DNA from: Vulcanimicrobiota bacterium
Lineage (GTDB): Bacteria; Vulcanimicrobiota; SpSt-956; JAKJGF01
Reading direction: 5' to 3'
Assembly: GCA_040217665.1 (NCBI GenBank)
Contig: JBEHWP010000002.1
Coordinates: 1-49,369, forward strand
Length of the DNA: 49,369 bases
The notes beneath the pieces were generated by a model. The model made no database searches. It saw only the letters and a program-made list of their open reading frames with translations, and was not told the origin of the DNA. Shown one piece after another: positions 36,356 through 45,473 of the stretch. Position 1 is the first letter of the stretch, and each line of letters begins with the position of its first letter. The translations under genes and the position numbers were made by a program.

Positions 36356-38141
36356 TCGGTCTGAATATTCACCGATTAGCCTGATAGGTCATCCTCTGTT
36401 ATGGATAATTATCTGGACTGTCGTAATTTATATACATGTTTTTAACGGTGATTTTCTTAACTGGGACGACAGGTTTTTCATTGAAAATAAATATGTTGAG
36501 AATCTGAACTGGCATAATGTAAAATTACTGCTTAACCCTGCAAATCCTGTTGAAACAGGGAATATGTATCATCCCGTTCTCTTTCTGTCTTTATCCTTTG
36601 ACTTCTACCTGTGGCATCTAAACCCCTTCGGGTTTCATCTGTCCAATTTTATTATGTTTCTTATAAATATTTTCTTTATTTATCTTGTTACTCTGAAGTT
36701 ATTTAATGAAAAATTTATTGCTTCTATGACTGCTTTATTATTTGCCATTCATCCTGTTCATGTTGAACCGGTTGGATGGATTTCTGCAAGAACATTTCTT
36801 CTTGCGGGAATGTTTTCTTTTATGTCTTTTTATTTTTTTATAGATTCTTTTAAAGGCACATATAGATATGTCAGATATAGTTTTTCAGTAATTTTATATA
36901 TATGTGCATTGCTCTCCCAGCCTGTCGTTATGCTGTACCCGGCCCTCCTTGTTTTTTATTTATATTATTTCCCTTCCAACACGGATATAAAGAAAGGTTT
37001 TCATAAGATACTTTCTGGAATACCATATTGTATGTCCGTAATTGCCTATATGGCAGTTCTATATTTTTCCCATGCTCAGAGAACACGTAATTTAATTGAT
37101 TTTACTATTTATGATAAAATTTTTACGGCTATAGTTATTTTTTCCAGATATATGAAGTTACTTCTATGGCCCTCGAAGTTATGTATTTTATATACGGTAA
37201 ACATAGCAGAAAGTTTTCATGATTATTCTATTATTATTTCAATTATAGCAGTACTATTATTTTTCTCACTTGTCATATACGGTTTTTTTAAAGACAGGCA
37301 ATTATTGTTTCCCCTTATATGGTTTGCTATATTTTATATACCTGTATCCAACATGTTTATCTTTTTAGATTTTTCCATGGCAGACAGATATATTTATATA
37401 GCTTCTTTCGGAATTTATCTGTTTTTTTCTCTAATCTGCTACAGACTTATGTCGAATAGTAGAAGGATTATGACTCTATTCATGTATGGTTTATTAATTA
37501 TTATCTTTTCTGCTTTTTCTGTTATGACCTTTAATAGAGTAAATGTATGGCAGAACAGTTTCAATCTCTGGAGTGATACTGTGAAAAAGAGCCCATCCTA
37601 TGCTCATGCTCATATGGGACTCGGTATTGAATATGAGAAAAAGGGCATGATAGATGAAGCTATCCGGGAATATGAGAAGGTAATTGAACTCGAACCTGAT
37701 TCCATTAAGGGACATATGAATCTGGCTGCATGTTATTATTCGAGAAAATGTTACGATATGTCTATTATACATTCAAAAAAGGCTTTAACTATTGATCCTT
37801 CTCTTGTACTGGCAAGGAATTTTTTACATGATTCATATACAGGTAAAATGAAAGACATGTCAGGTTCTGAAGAAGCATTTTTAAATATGTCCATGGAAGT
37901 GGAGAAATATATGCTTCTTGGCAGAAAATTTAAAGAAGAAGGTAATAAGTACCTGGCAATTAATGAATTTACAAAGGCATTAAAATTAAATCCTTTTTGT
38001 GAACAGGCATGTTATAACCTGGGATTACTTTATATAGAAAAGGGAGATAAGGAAAAAGGACAGAAATTTTTATTGTATCTTCTGGAACTCTACCCGGACA
38101 GGAAAGAAGATGTAAAAAAATTTTTGGACGATTTTCAGTGA
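36342..38141 (+). CDS. Polytopic membrane protein with C-terminal TPR repeats (GT-C / PMT-TMTC-like glycosyltransferase candidate)
   Basis: About 10 TM helices with an early loop motif FNGDFLNWDDRFFIENKYV (DD/DE motif of GT-C enzymes). C-terminal TPR units (GLGIEYEKKGMIDEAIREYEKVIELEPD ...). Overlaps the pcp stop by 14 nt. Confidence 0.7.
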   Translation: MIMNNRSEYSPISLIGHPLLWIIIWTVVIYIHVFNGDFLNWDDRFFIENKYVENLNWHNVKLLLNPANPVETGNMYHPVLFLSLSFDFYLWHLNPFGFHLSNFIMFLINIFFIYLVTLKLFNEKFIASMTALLFAIHPVHVEPVGWISARTFLLAGMFSFMSFYFFIDSFKGTYRYVRYSFSVILYICALLSQPVVMLYPALLVFYLYYFPSNTDIKKGFHKILSGIPYCMSVIAYMAVLYFSHAQRTRNLIDFTIYDKIFTAIVIFSRYMKLLLWPSKLCILYTVNIAESFHDYSIIISIIAVLLFFSLVIYGFFKDRQLLFPLIWFAIFYIPVSNMFIFLDFSMADRYIYIASFGIYLFFSLICYRLMSNSRRIMTLFMYGLLIIIFSAFSVMTFNRVNVWQNSFNLWSDTVKKSPSYAHAHMGLGIEYEKKGMIDEAIREYEKVIELEPDSIKGHMNLAACYYSRKCYDMSIIHSKKALTIDPSLVLARNFLHDSYTGKMKDMSGSEEAFLNMSMEVEKYMLLGRKFKEEGNKYLAINEFTKALKLNPFCEQACYNLGLLYIEKGDKEKGQKFLLYLLELYPDRKEDVKKFLDDFQ

Positions 38142-38153
38142 CATTTTAAGGGT

Positions 38154-38320
38154 ATAGAAATTTTTTATTTTTATAGTTTAGTTCACAACAAATTACAGAT
38201 AATCCTCGCGTTACGCGTTACGAAGCACTTAATTTCTAATAAGTTATGAAACTAACTATAATGTTGTAAAATAAAGCTTTAGATGAAACTTATATATAGG
38301 CAATTTATCTAAATATTTAA
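38154..38320 (+). repeat. Family 1 repeat copy split by an insertion that carries family 2 sequence
   Basis: 5' part ATAGAAATTTTTTATTTTTATAG (38154-38176) and 3' part GTAAAATAAAGCTTTAGATGAAACTTATATATAGGCAATTTATCTAAATATTTAA (38266-38320). A heptamer-array module lies between them (38186-38222). Confidence 0.7.
38186..38222 (-). repeat. Family 2 module (reverse orientation)
   Basis: ACAACAAATTACAGATAATCCTCGCGTTACGCGTTACG is the reverse complement of the 32290-32330 type (GCGAGGATTATCT.TAATTTGTTGT). Confidence 0.75.
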
Positions 38321-38460
38321 AAGGATTTTTATAATTCAAAATGGAATTTATATATTCAGAATAAAGGAGTGTGTCTTCAGAATTGACCGGAATGTCCCTC
38401 AATGTTGAAGTCTGACTCCTGTTATTATGTCCAATTTTAATTGAAGGGGGAGTTACGATT

Positions 38461-39669
38461 ATGATAGATCTTGTTAAAAACTATGGTATCCATGCAAGAA
38501 GAATAAAAAAATCAGTCATAAGAGAATTGTTAAAACTTACAAACAAACCTGAGATGATTTCTTTTGCAGGAGGACTTCCTGACCCTACACTGTTTCCCAA
38601 GGAAGATATAAAGGATATATGTGCAAAAGTTATTGATGAGTATGGAAACTCTGCTTTTCAGTACAGCACTACAGAAGGTGAGCCTCAGTTAAAAAGAGAA
38701 CTGATAAAACTTGCTGAAAAAGACGGCCTGACCATCAATGAAGATAATATACTCATAACTGTTTCATCCCAGCAGGGCCTTGACTTGATTGGGAAAGTCT
38801 TTATTGATCCCAGTGATCCTGTTATAGTAGAACTGCCGAGTTATATAGGAGGGCTTCAGGTTTTTCAGGGCTATGGTGCTCATATGCATGGTATAGCGAC
38901 AGATCATGACGGTATTCTTGTAGATGTTCTGGAACAAACCCTTGAACAGCTTAAAGGGACGGAAGAACATTACAAATTTATCTATCTTGTTCCTGATTTT
39001 CAAAATCCTGCAGGCGTAACTTTATCTTTAGAAAGAAGAAAAAAAATAATAGAACTCAGCAAAAAATATGATATACTTATTATAGAAGATACTCCATATA
39101 GAGAACTCAGGTTCGAAGGACAGAGTCCACCTTCTCTTATGTCTCTTGACGATACAAATAATGTAGTAATGCTTCACACCTTTTCCAAAATATTTGTGCC
39201 TGGATTCCGCCTGGGGTGGGTAATAGCACATGCTGATATTATAAGGAAACTGGCTTTTGCAAAACAGTCTGTAGACCTCTGTACCCCTGCCTTTACTCAG
39301 CTTATAACCTATGAATACTGCCGCAGAGGATTACTTGAAGAACATATAGAAACAGTAAAGAGTGTATATCATAAGAAAAGAGATGTAATGCTCAGAGCTC
39401 TTGAGGAATATATGCCGAAAGTTGAAGGGGTCAGATGGACCAGGCCACAGGGAGGATTATTCCTGTGGATTATGTTACCGGAACATATAAACTGTGATAA
39501 ACTCTTCTATGAAGCAGTTGAACAGAATGTTGCCTTTGTTATAGGTTCTGCTTTCCATTGTGACGGACGGGGACAGAATACGATGAGATTGAATTTCTCA
39601 TATCCGACACATGAAGAGATAGATGAAGGAATAAAAAGACTGGCAAAGGTTATAAAGGCGAAGTTGTAG
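38461..39669 (+). CDS. PLP-dependent aminotransferase, class I/II (2-aminoadipate/aromatic transaminase-like)
   Basis: ISFAGGLPDP, PSYIGG, DTPYRELRF, PLP-lysine context HTFSKIFVPGFRLGWVIA, RPQGGLFLW. RBS GGGGGAG. Confidence 0.9.
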   Translation: MIDLVKNYGIHARRIKKSVIRELLKLTNKPEMISFAGGLPDPTLFPKEDIKDICAKVIDEYGNSAFQYSTTEGEPQLKRELIKLAEKDGLTINEDNILITVSSQQGLDLIGKVFIDPSDPVIVELPSYIGGLQVFQGYGAHMHGIATDHDGILVDVLEQTLEQLKGTEEHYKFIYLVPDFQNPAGVTLSLERRKKIIELSKKYDILIIEDTPYRELRFEGQSPPSLMSLDDTNNVVMLHTFSKIFVPGFRLGWVIAHADIIRKLAFAKQSVDLCTPAFTQLITYEYCRRGLLEEHIETVKSVYHKKRDVMLRALEEYMPKVEGVRWTRPQGGLFLWIMLPEHINCDKLFYEAVEQNVAFVIGSAFHCDGRGQNTMRLNFSYPTHEEIDEGIKRLAKVIKAKL

Positions 39670-39709
39670 TGAGTAGTGAGTAGTGAATAGAACAGGTTTA
39701 TTCACTACT
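39667..39709. terminator. Heptamer array (TAGTGAG)x2-TAGTGAA forming an 11-bp hairpin between convergent genes
   Basis: AGTAGTGAATA (39679-39689) - GAACAGGTT - TATTCACTACT (39699-39709). It begins at the aminotransferase stop codon. Confidence 0.5.
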
Positions 39710-39720
39710 TGCTATTTATT

Positions 39721-39802
39721 GAAGACTGCAAGAAAAACAATTCCGGCAAATTGTTAGAACAATCACTATCCTCGGGTCACACGTCACGTGTTACACGTCA
39801 CG
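39721..39802 (-). repeat. Family 2 ~120-bp element, reverse orientation, diverged heptamers
   Basis: GACTGCAAGAAAAACAATTCCGGCAAATTGTTAGAACAATCACTATCCTCGGGTCACACGTCACGTGTTACACGTCACG is the reverse complement of the 10631-10705 pattern. It abuts the stop codon of the tandem kinase-like gene. Confidence 0.8.
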
Positions 39803-39803
39803 A

Positions 39804-42800
39804 TTAATGTTCTCCCAGTGTTATCTTGTCTGCATAATTTTGAAGTGGTATTTTAGCAAATATCTTCTTATTATTTCTATCGAATACAGCTATCGAATAA
39901 TATCTTTTTCCCTGACTTCCAAGTTCTGTAAGATATATATATATATAGCCTCCGGGATTAATAACTAAATCAACAGGATAGCCGGGGAGTTTAAAACGTT
40001 CTTTTAATGCCATGTCAGATATTTGTATAAAAGCAATTTCCTGGGTTGTTTGATTGAGAAGGTATAATTCCTGATTATTTGCAGTGATTATAATTTTAAC
40101 AGGGCTGAATTTTTCTGAACCGGTAGAAATTTTTTTTATGTCCTCTTTGCCTGTACCGATATCTATAATACCTATTTCATCAGTGTTATTATAAATTATA
40201 AATACCTTTTGAGCACCTGCAGTAATATCACATGCCCCTTCTTTTATTGGAATTTCACTTTTTATGGTGAACGTATCCGTCTCAATAGTCGTAAGAAGAC
40301 TATTTTTTTCATTGCTGTTTATAATATAAAAATATTTTCCGTCAGTTGAAAGGGTTGCTCCTGAAGAATTTACAGGTATATCTTTTTCTGCAATCGTTGA
40401 TCTGGTAGTTAAATCTATGACCTTAAATTTGTTATTGCTGTTACTTAAGAGATAAAGTTTTGTTTCATCAGGTGATAAAGCCATAAATGTAATCCTTATG
40501 CCACTGTCAAATTTAGATAAAAATTTACCTGACGATTTATTGCTTGTTGTATCCAGTATATATACCATACTGCCCTTATCTGTAACAAACAACTGTTTTT
40601 TCTTTAAAGCACCGGACACAAGATTACTGTCGAAACTTAAATTAATTTTTTGATTTATTCTATTTTTATTTATATCCAGTACGGAAAGTATTTTCTCAGA
40701 ACTCATAGAAATATATATTTTTTTACCTTTTGCAGGGATATTTTTATAATAGGTGTAACCGAAATATCCGCCTGTTAACACACATACAATAATTGTCGCT
40801 ATGAGTCCGTATTTCAGGAATAATTTCCCCAGTTCTACACTGAGAGGTGTAATATTTCCTATTTCTTCCATAGAAGCTTTTCTCTTATCCTGCATTTCTT
40901 TCTGCTTTTCAAGCAGTGAAGAGTCAAGCTCAACCATGGTGATTTTGTTCATTCTCTCCCTTATTGTTTTAATATCTCCTCTTTCTGCAGGGTTTATTTT
41001 GACACATAAATCTACTATTGCTTCAACATTACCCGATATATAAGGATTGAGTTTTCTTACAGGACTGAATTCATAGGGTTGTTTTTCCGGGTTAACACCT
41101 GTTAATAAATAATAAATAGTAGAGCCCAGTGCAAACACATCGGCTTTTGTATTGGTTATATCAACTTCTGTTTGTTCAGGAGCAAAATAACCTATAGTTC
41201 CATACATAGGAAACACAAGTTCCTGTTCAACAAGAAATATCTCTCTTAATCCGTAATTTATGAATTTTACTTCTCCGTTATAAGAGATCAGTATGTTTTT
41301 GGGATTTAAATCACCTGCTACAATGGGAGGTTTCTGGCTGTGCAGATAATAAATAGCTTCACAGACCTTTGTTAATATTGCAAAAACTGTTGTAGAAGGC
41401 ATACGGCTCTGTTTCTCCAGGTGACTTTTTATTATTTCTTCCAGGGTGTAACCTTCTACCTGTTCCATAACAATAAAAAGCCTTATAATACTTCTGTCAC
41501 CGGAATAATTGAAGAAATAATCTGTTACTTTAACCAGGTTCGGGTGGTTTAGATTTTTTAATTTACCACCCAGCTTGACGAAATTTGAAATAACTCTTTC
41601 TCCGAGTCTTGCATTCTCTTTAGGTGGTTTGTACTGTATTTCTTTAATAATTTTTGATACTTCCTGTCCTTCTGTATTATCCTGTTCACTCGTATCAAGC
41701 ACCATGTAAACTGCTCCGGAGTAATCCTTATGGAGAATTTCAGCAATTTCATACCTTTCTTTGATGGATGTCCCTTCCTGAAGTGGTGAAAGCAGGGGAG
41801 GTGTATCAGGTTTATTCTGACATATAGATTGTTTTTGTTCTCTCCAGTCTGCTGCAATGCCTTTCAGGGGAGGTCCTTTTTTTGCCGGTGGTGGCAGAAG
41901 CGATTCCACTGATTGTGTTTCCTGTTCTTTTTCATCCTGTTTTTTTCTTGCATATTTCTGGGCCAGTTTCTGTGCAAGACTTGCTCCACTTTTCTTTTCT
42001 TCGGAGGGCTTTTCTTCTGTCTCTTTTTTCTTTTCTTCGGAAGGTTTTTCTTCTATCTCTTTTTTCTTTTCTTCAGAAGGTTTTCCTGGAGCAGAAGGAG
42101 AGGGCTTGACAGGAGGAAGTTTTGATGTTAATTTTGCAAATAATTCGGCACTTTTTTCTCTTGATTCCTTTGCCTTCTGGGCTACCAGCTCAGGACTGGA
42201 TGATGTATCTGTGTCTTCTACTTTTTTAAGTTTAAGTGCTTCTGCTGCTGCCATATATTGTTTAACATCAAATCTCCTGGTCCCTCTCTTGGGAGCGCTG
42301 TGGAATTTACCTTTTAGACCGGTATCATCATAGCTTTCTTCATCATAAAAAACAGGTTTTTCAAGGCCGGGACTCACAGATTTTTCATCTGATAATGTGA
42401 ATATATCAACAGGTTTTGCTTCCGGTGGAGCCTCAGATGGCTCTGCTATATGGGCAGAAAAATCGGAAAGCGTATCTATTTTTACTTCTTCCTGTGTTGA
42501 TGGCCCATGGCCTTGAGGTGTTTTGGAAAAAGAAAAGCTTTTTTTACTTAATTTTTCTTTAATATTTGTTACAAATTTATCAACCTTATCAGGTGTGGGA
42601 GTAGCTTTGGCCTGTGGAGATTTCCCCGGTGATATGGCAAAAACAGATTTCGGTCTCTTGCCCATAGAAAACTGGAGAAGAAAATTGGAAACTTCCTGTA
42701 ATCCCGGTCTGTCTTCCTGTCTTGGTGAAAGACATCTTGCTATGAATTCATTCAGTTCTGGAGATGCCTCTTTGTTATAATGTGAAACCTGTGAGAAAGC

Positions 42801-43475
42801 TCCTGGATATTTTTCGGGATTTCTGCCTGTAAGGAGATAATACATAGTAGCACTGAGGCTGTAAACATCTGTTTTTTCATTCATTACCCCCTTGCCAATC
42901 TGCTCTATCGGACTGAACCCCGGCGTTTTACTGCAGTAGCCTGTCCTTAACAGGTTGCCAAGACCATAATTAAACAGTTTGATCTGTCTGTCCGGCGTTA
43001 ACATGATGTATTTCGGTTTTAAAACACCGAAAGCAACCGGTTCCGTATGCTGTGTGTTTAAATATTTCATGGCACCGCATACCTTGATCATATGTTTCAT
43101 CAGTACTTTAATCGGTAGAGGCTCTTCGTGTAAATCAGTCTGGAATATATCCTGAAGTGTTCTGCCTTTAATATATTCCATGACGACATAATGTCTTTTC
43201 TCGGATTTTCCCTCAGGTATTTCTGTAAAATATTCATAAATTTTTATCAGGTTCGGGTGTCTTACTTCCGAAAGTGTAGCCAGCCTTTTCCAGAATAACT
43301 CATTTCCTTCAATTTCTTTCTCCGACTGAGGAATAAATTCTTTGAGTGTTAGCTGCTCATGTGGAGGGTCAAGATCTTCTACCAGATAATGGACTTCTTT
43401 CCCGTCACATACTATTAAATCTCTGATTTCATATCGATCACAGAGTATACATCCTGCATTTAACATTTCAGACAT
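39804..43475 (-). CDS. Tandem kinase-like protein: two Ser/Thr-kinase-fold domains (both atypical), low-complexity linker, TM segment, C-terminal YVTN-type beta-propeller
   Basis: Domain 1: LTLKEF, VAFGVLKPKYIML, KLFNYGLG, DVYSLSATMYYLLTG. Domain 2: IIKEI, VAGDLNPKNILI, KFINYGLRE, YFAPEQ, DVFALGSTIYYLLTG. TM GLIATIIVCVLTGGYFGY. About 6 repeats of the type KLYLLSNSNNKFKVIDLTT. Start set at ATG 43475 (AAGAGAG upstream); the ORF track gives GTG 43484. Confidence 0.85.
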   Translation of the reverse strand: MSEMLNAGCILCDRYEIRDLIVCDGKEVHYLVEDLDPPHEQLTLKEFIPQSEKEIEGNELFWKRLATLSEVRHPNLIKIYEYFTEIPEGKSEKRHYVVMEYIKGRTLQDIFQTDLHEEPLPIKVLMKHMIKVCGAMKYLNTQHTEPVAFGVLKPKYIMLTPDRQIKLFNYGLGNLLRTGYCSKTPGFSPIEQIGKGVMNEKTDVYSLSATMYYLLTGRNPEKYPGAFSQVSHYNKEASPELNEFIARCLSPRQEDRPGLQEVSNFLLQFSMGKRPKSVFAISPGKSPQAKATPTPDKVDKFVTNIKEKLSKKSFSFSKTPQGHGPSTQEEVKIDTLSDFSAHIAEPSEAPPEAKPVDIFTLSDEKSVSPGLEKPVFYDEESYDDTGLKGKFHSAPKRGTRRFDVKQYMAAAEALKLKKVEDTDTSSSPELVAQKAKESREKSAELFAKLTSKLPPVKPSPSAPGKPSEEKKKEIEEKPSEEKKKETEEKPSEEKKSGASLAQKLAQKYARKKQDEKEQETQSVESLLPPPAKKGPPLKGIAADWREQKQSICQNKPDTPPLLSPLQEGTSIKERYEIAEILHKDYSGAVYMVLDTSEQDNTEGQEVSKIIKEIQYKPPKENARLGERVISNFVKLGGKLKNLNHPNLVKVTDYFFNYSGDRSIIRLFIVMEQVEGYTLEEIIKSHLEKQSRMPSTTVFAILTKVCEAIYYLHSQKPPIVAGDLNPKNILISYNGEVKFINYGLREIFLVEQELVFPMYGTIGYFAPEQTEVDITNTKADVFALGSTIYYLLTGVNPEKQPYEFSPVRKLNPYISGNVEAIVDLCVKINPAERGDIKTIRERMNKITMVELDSSLLEKQKEMQDKRKASMEEIGNITPLSVELGKLFLKYGLIATIIVCVLTGGYFGYTYYKNIPAKGKKIYISMSSEKILSVLDINKNRINQKINLSFDSNLVSGALKKKQLFVTDKGSMVYILDTTSNKSSGKFLSKFDSGIRITFMALSPDETKLYLLSNSNNKFKVIDLTTRSTIAEKDIPVNSSGATLSTDGKYFYIINSNEKNSLLTTIETDTFTIKSEIPIKEGACDITAGAQKVFIIYNNTDEIGIIDIGTGKEDIKKISTGSEKFSPVKIIITANNQELYLLNQTTQEIAFIQISDMALKERFKLPGYPVDLVINPGGYIYIYLTELGSQGKRYYSIAVFDRNNKKIFAKIPLQNYADKITLGEH
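41994..42085 (-). repeat. 36-bp in-frame tandem repeat (~2.6 copies) in the linker of the tandem kinase-like gene
   Basis: Plus-strand units start at 41994, 42030 and 42066 (CTTTTCTTCGGA.GG.TTTTCTTCT.TCTCTTTTTT). They encode KPSEEKKKEIEE / KPSEEKKKETEE / KPSEEKK. Confidence 0.85.
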
Positions 43476-43609
43476 AAATTTCACTCTCTTAAAGAAAAAA
43501 TTGAAGGATTCTTCTAGATTCTAGAAATTTTTCTATTTTCCTTTTTAAGATATTATGTGGTGTGAAGAAAGTTCTTCTATATGTTCTTTATAGAAATGAA
43601 CAGTTTTTA

Positions 43610-44170
43610 CTAACGTTTACATATGATGTTTTCTTTATATAATTTATAGATAGACTTTATTACACCCGTATATTCTCTTACCATTACCTGTCCTATTTCT
43701 CTTATAGAGGTTTTCCCGTCAACCCATGGAAGAACTGTCAGTTCAGCTGTTTTTATATACATAGGCTTGCCTGTATTTATAACTTCAAATACAAGGTCCA
43801 ATGAATAAATTAAATCCTTCATTTTTGAAATTTCTGCAAGTTCTTTATTTATAGTCTCTATTAAAAATGGTGTTTCATAGGTAACATTTTTTTTGAATTT
43901 TTCTGACTCTTTGAAGTCTGTAAATTTTCCACTGCCATGAACCCAGGCAATGAAAGATAAAATAGCTCTTTCTCCTTCCAGAGCACCCAGTTTTGCATAG
44001 ATAATATTACCGTCATGGAGATAAATTTCTCCTTTCTCTTTATCATCTTCCATTGTTAATAGGCCGGTAAGCTTTTGTTTATTTAATAAATCAATAATAA
44101 GTTCAGGTCCTGTTTCAGAGAGATCGAATTCTTTTGTTGTATATTCGCCGGTTTGATTGGATAAGTTCAT
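43610..44170 (-). CDS. DUF4388 (PATAN-like) domain protein
   Basis: LIIDLLNKQKLTGLLTMEDDKEKGEIYLHDGNIIYAKLGALEGERAILSFIAWVHGSGKFTDF follows the DUF4388 pattern (l.dllq....tG.L.......g.iy...G.i..A.....G..A...ll.w..G.F.f). Confidence 0.7.
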   Translation of the reverse strand: MNLSNQTGEYTTKEFDLSETGPELIIDLLNKQKLTGLLTMEDDKEKGEIYLHDGNIIYAKLGALEGERAILSFIAWVHGSGKFTDFKESEKFKKNVTYETPFLIETINKELAEISKMKDLIYSLDLVFEVINTGKPMYIKTAELTVLPWVDGKTSIREIGQVMVREYTGVIKSIYKLYKENIICKR

Positions 44171-44230
44171 AAAATAATGTGATAAAACTCCTTTCCGACC
44201 TGGATTAATAGGATTAAAAGATTACCACGT

Positions 44231-44343
44231 TAATGGCTTTAGATGAATAATATATTTAGAGTATAGGAATTTTCATTTTTAATGGCATTAAATCAATCTT
44301 TTAGGATTAATTTATTTAAAGGGAGTTCATCTAAATAATTTAA
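44231..44343 (+). repeat. Family 1 repeat: partial unit (44231-44261) plus full unit (44263-44343)
   Basis: TAATGGCTTTAGATGAATAATATATTTAGAG followed by ATAGGAATTTTCATTTTTAATGGCATTAAAT...GTTCATCTAAATAATTTAA. It lies between the DUF4388 gene and the Ntn-like gene. Confidence 0.8.
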
Positions 44344-44384
44344 TCATCCTGATAATCTCATAATCCTGAAATTCCCTGTCAAAT

Positions 44385-45419
44385 TTATTTTTTATAACCT
44401 CTTAATATTCTCTTGAGTTTAACCGGATTGGGACAATTTTTTTCCAGAAGTGAGTTAACTTCTTCAAAGGATTCATGTTTAAATAAGATTTTATCAATAA
44501 GTCCATAGGCAGTATCATAGGAGATTAAATTCTTATCTTTTGCATATATTATTTCCGATGCAAGTTTTGATCTGTGATCATGGATTTCTACCATTCTTTC
44601 CCTGTAATCTGCTCTGCCGTTAAATAATATTATATTATAATAGCCTCCTATACCAACGTTTCTTCTTGACGCAGTGTTCAGTGCAGAAAGTAGTTCCATA
44701 GAACCTTCTACACGATCTATATTGCCACGTCTTTCAGGTAAGGATTTATGTGATGTATAATCTGAAAGAAGGAGGTTAACAGTATCATATCCCGAACCGT
44801 CTGCAAGATATATGACCTGAACTGCTTCCCGGAAGAACTGTATCAAAGAAAAATGAAATATACGGAATCCTTCTTTATTATCGTAACCTGCAAGAAGGCC
44901 GGCATTTAAAAATATCGGTTTTACATCCCCTCCCCGGTCCTTCCAGGTAATAAGATTATGTACCTGGCTTATTGTGTCTTTATCTTTTATTTCCACTTTT
45001 TTTCCTTTTTCCTCATAAGAGCCTTTGAGATAATCAAGAGCATTAAAACCAAACTTACCTTTGAGCTGCTGATCTATATGATTTCTTTTCATATTTCTGA
45101 TAATATCGAAGACCGTAACAGAAAGCTCTTCTATTGTTTTATATTGTTTCGGAACCTTAGAGCATTTATCTTTAAAATTTTGATAATCTTCTCTGAGTGT
45201 TTTAAAAATGGTAAATTTTATTTCGTCTCCCACTGTTGATGTTCCTGTATTTCCATAAGCAGCAACAAGACCTGTATCCACTGTAATTTCAGGAGGGATA
45301 CATGGTTTTATCTTGTCCGATACATATATTTTCATATCTTCTTCATTCCAGCCACGCTGTTCGTCACACATCATAATACCGGAATAATCATTGAATTTCA
45401 TTGCATTTATTGATGTCAT
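44385..45419 (-). CDS. Proteasome-beta-like Ntn-hydrolase-fold protein (long form, Met-Thr N-terminus)
   Basis: By-eye alignment to proteasome beta/HslV. MT-SINAMKFNDYSGIMMCDEQ (Thr1, acidic residue ~17). SDKIKP (Lys33-like). AAYGNTGTSTVGDEI (Gly47 region). LADGSGYDTV (Ser129-Gly130). ASRRNVGIGGYYNIILFNG (Asp166/Ser169 region). About 345 aa, with a central insertion and a C-terminal helical tail. Confidence 0.7.
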   Translation of the reverse strand: MTSINAMKFNDYSGIMMCDEQRGWNEEDMKIYVSDKIKPCIPPEITVDTGLVAAYGNTGTSTVGDEIKFTIFKTLREDYQNFKDKCSKVPKQYKTIEELSVTVFDIIRNMKRNHIDQQLKGKFGFNALDYLKGSYEEKGKKVEIKDKDTISQVHNLITWKDRGGDVKPIFLNAGLLAGYDNKEGFRIFHFSLIQFFREAVQVIYLADGSGYDTVNLLLSDYTSHKSLPERRGNIDRVEGSMELLSALNTASRRNVGIGGYYNIILFNGRADYRERMVEIHDHRSKLASEIIYAKDKNLISYDTAYGLIDKILFKHESFEEVNSLLEKNCPNPVKLKRILRGYKK

Positions 45420-45473
45420 ATATGTTAAATTCGCTCTCTTTCTTTAAGTAAGTTATTGTAAATAATTTCCTAT

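Noticed and set aside
41857-42333. Plus-strand ORFs (158, 75 and 70 aa) opposite the kinase-like gene linker
   Set aside because: They are generated by the purine/pyrimidine-skewed low-complexity and 36-bp repeat region. Phe/Ser/Leu-rich nonsense translation.
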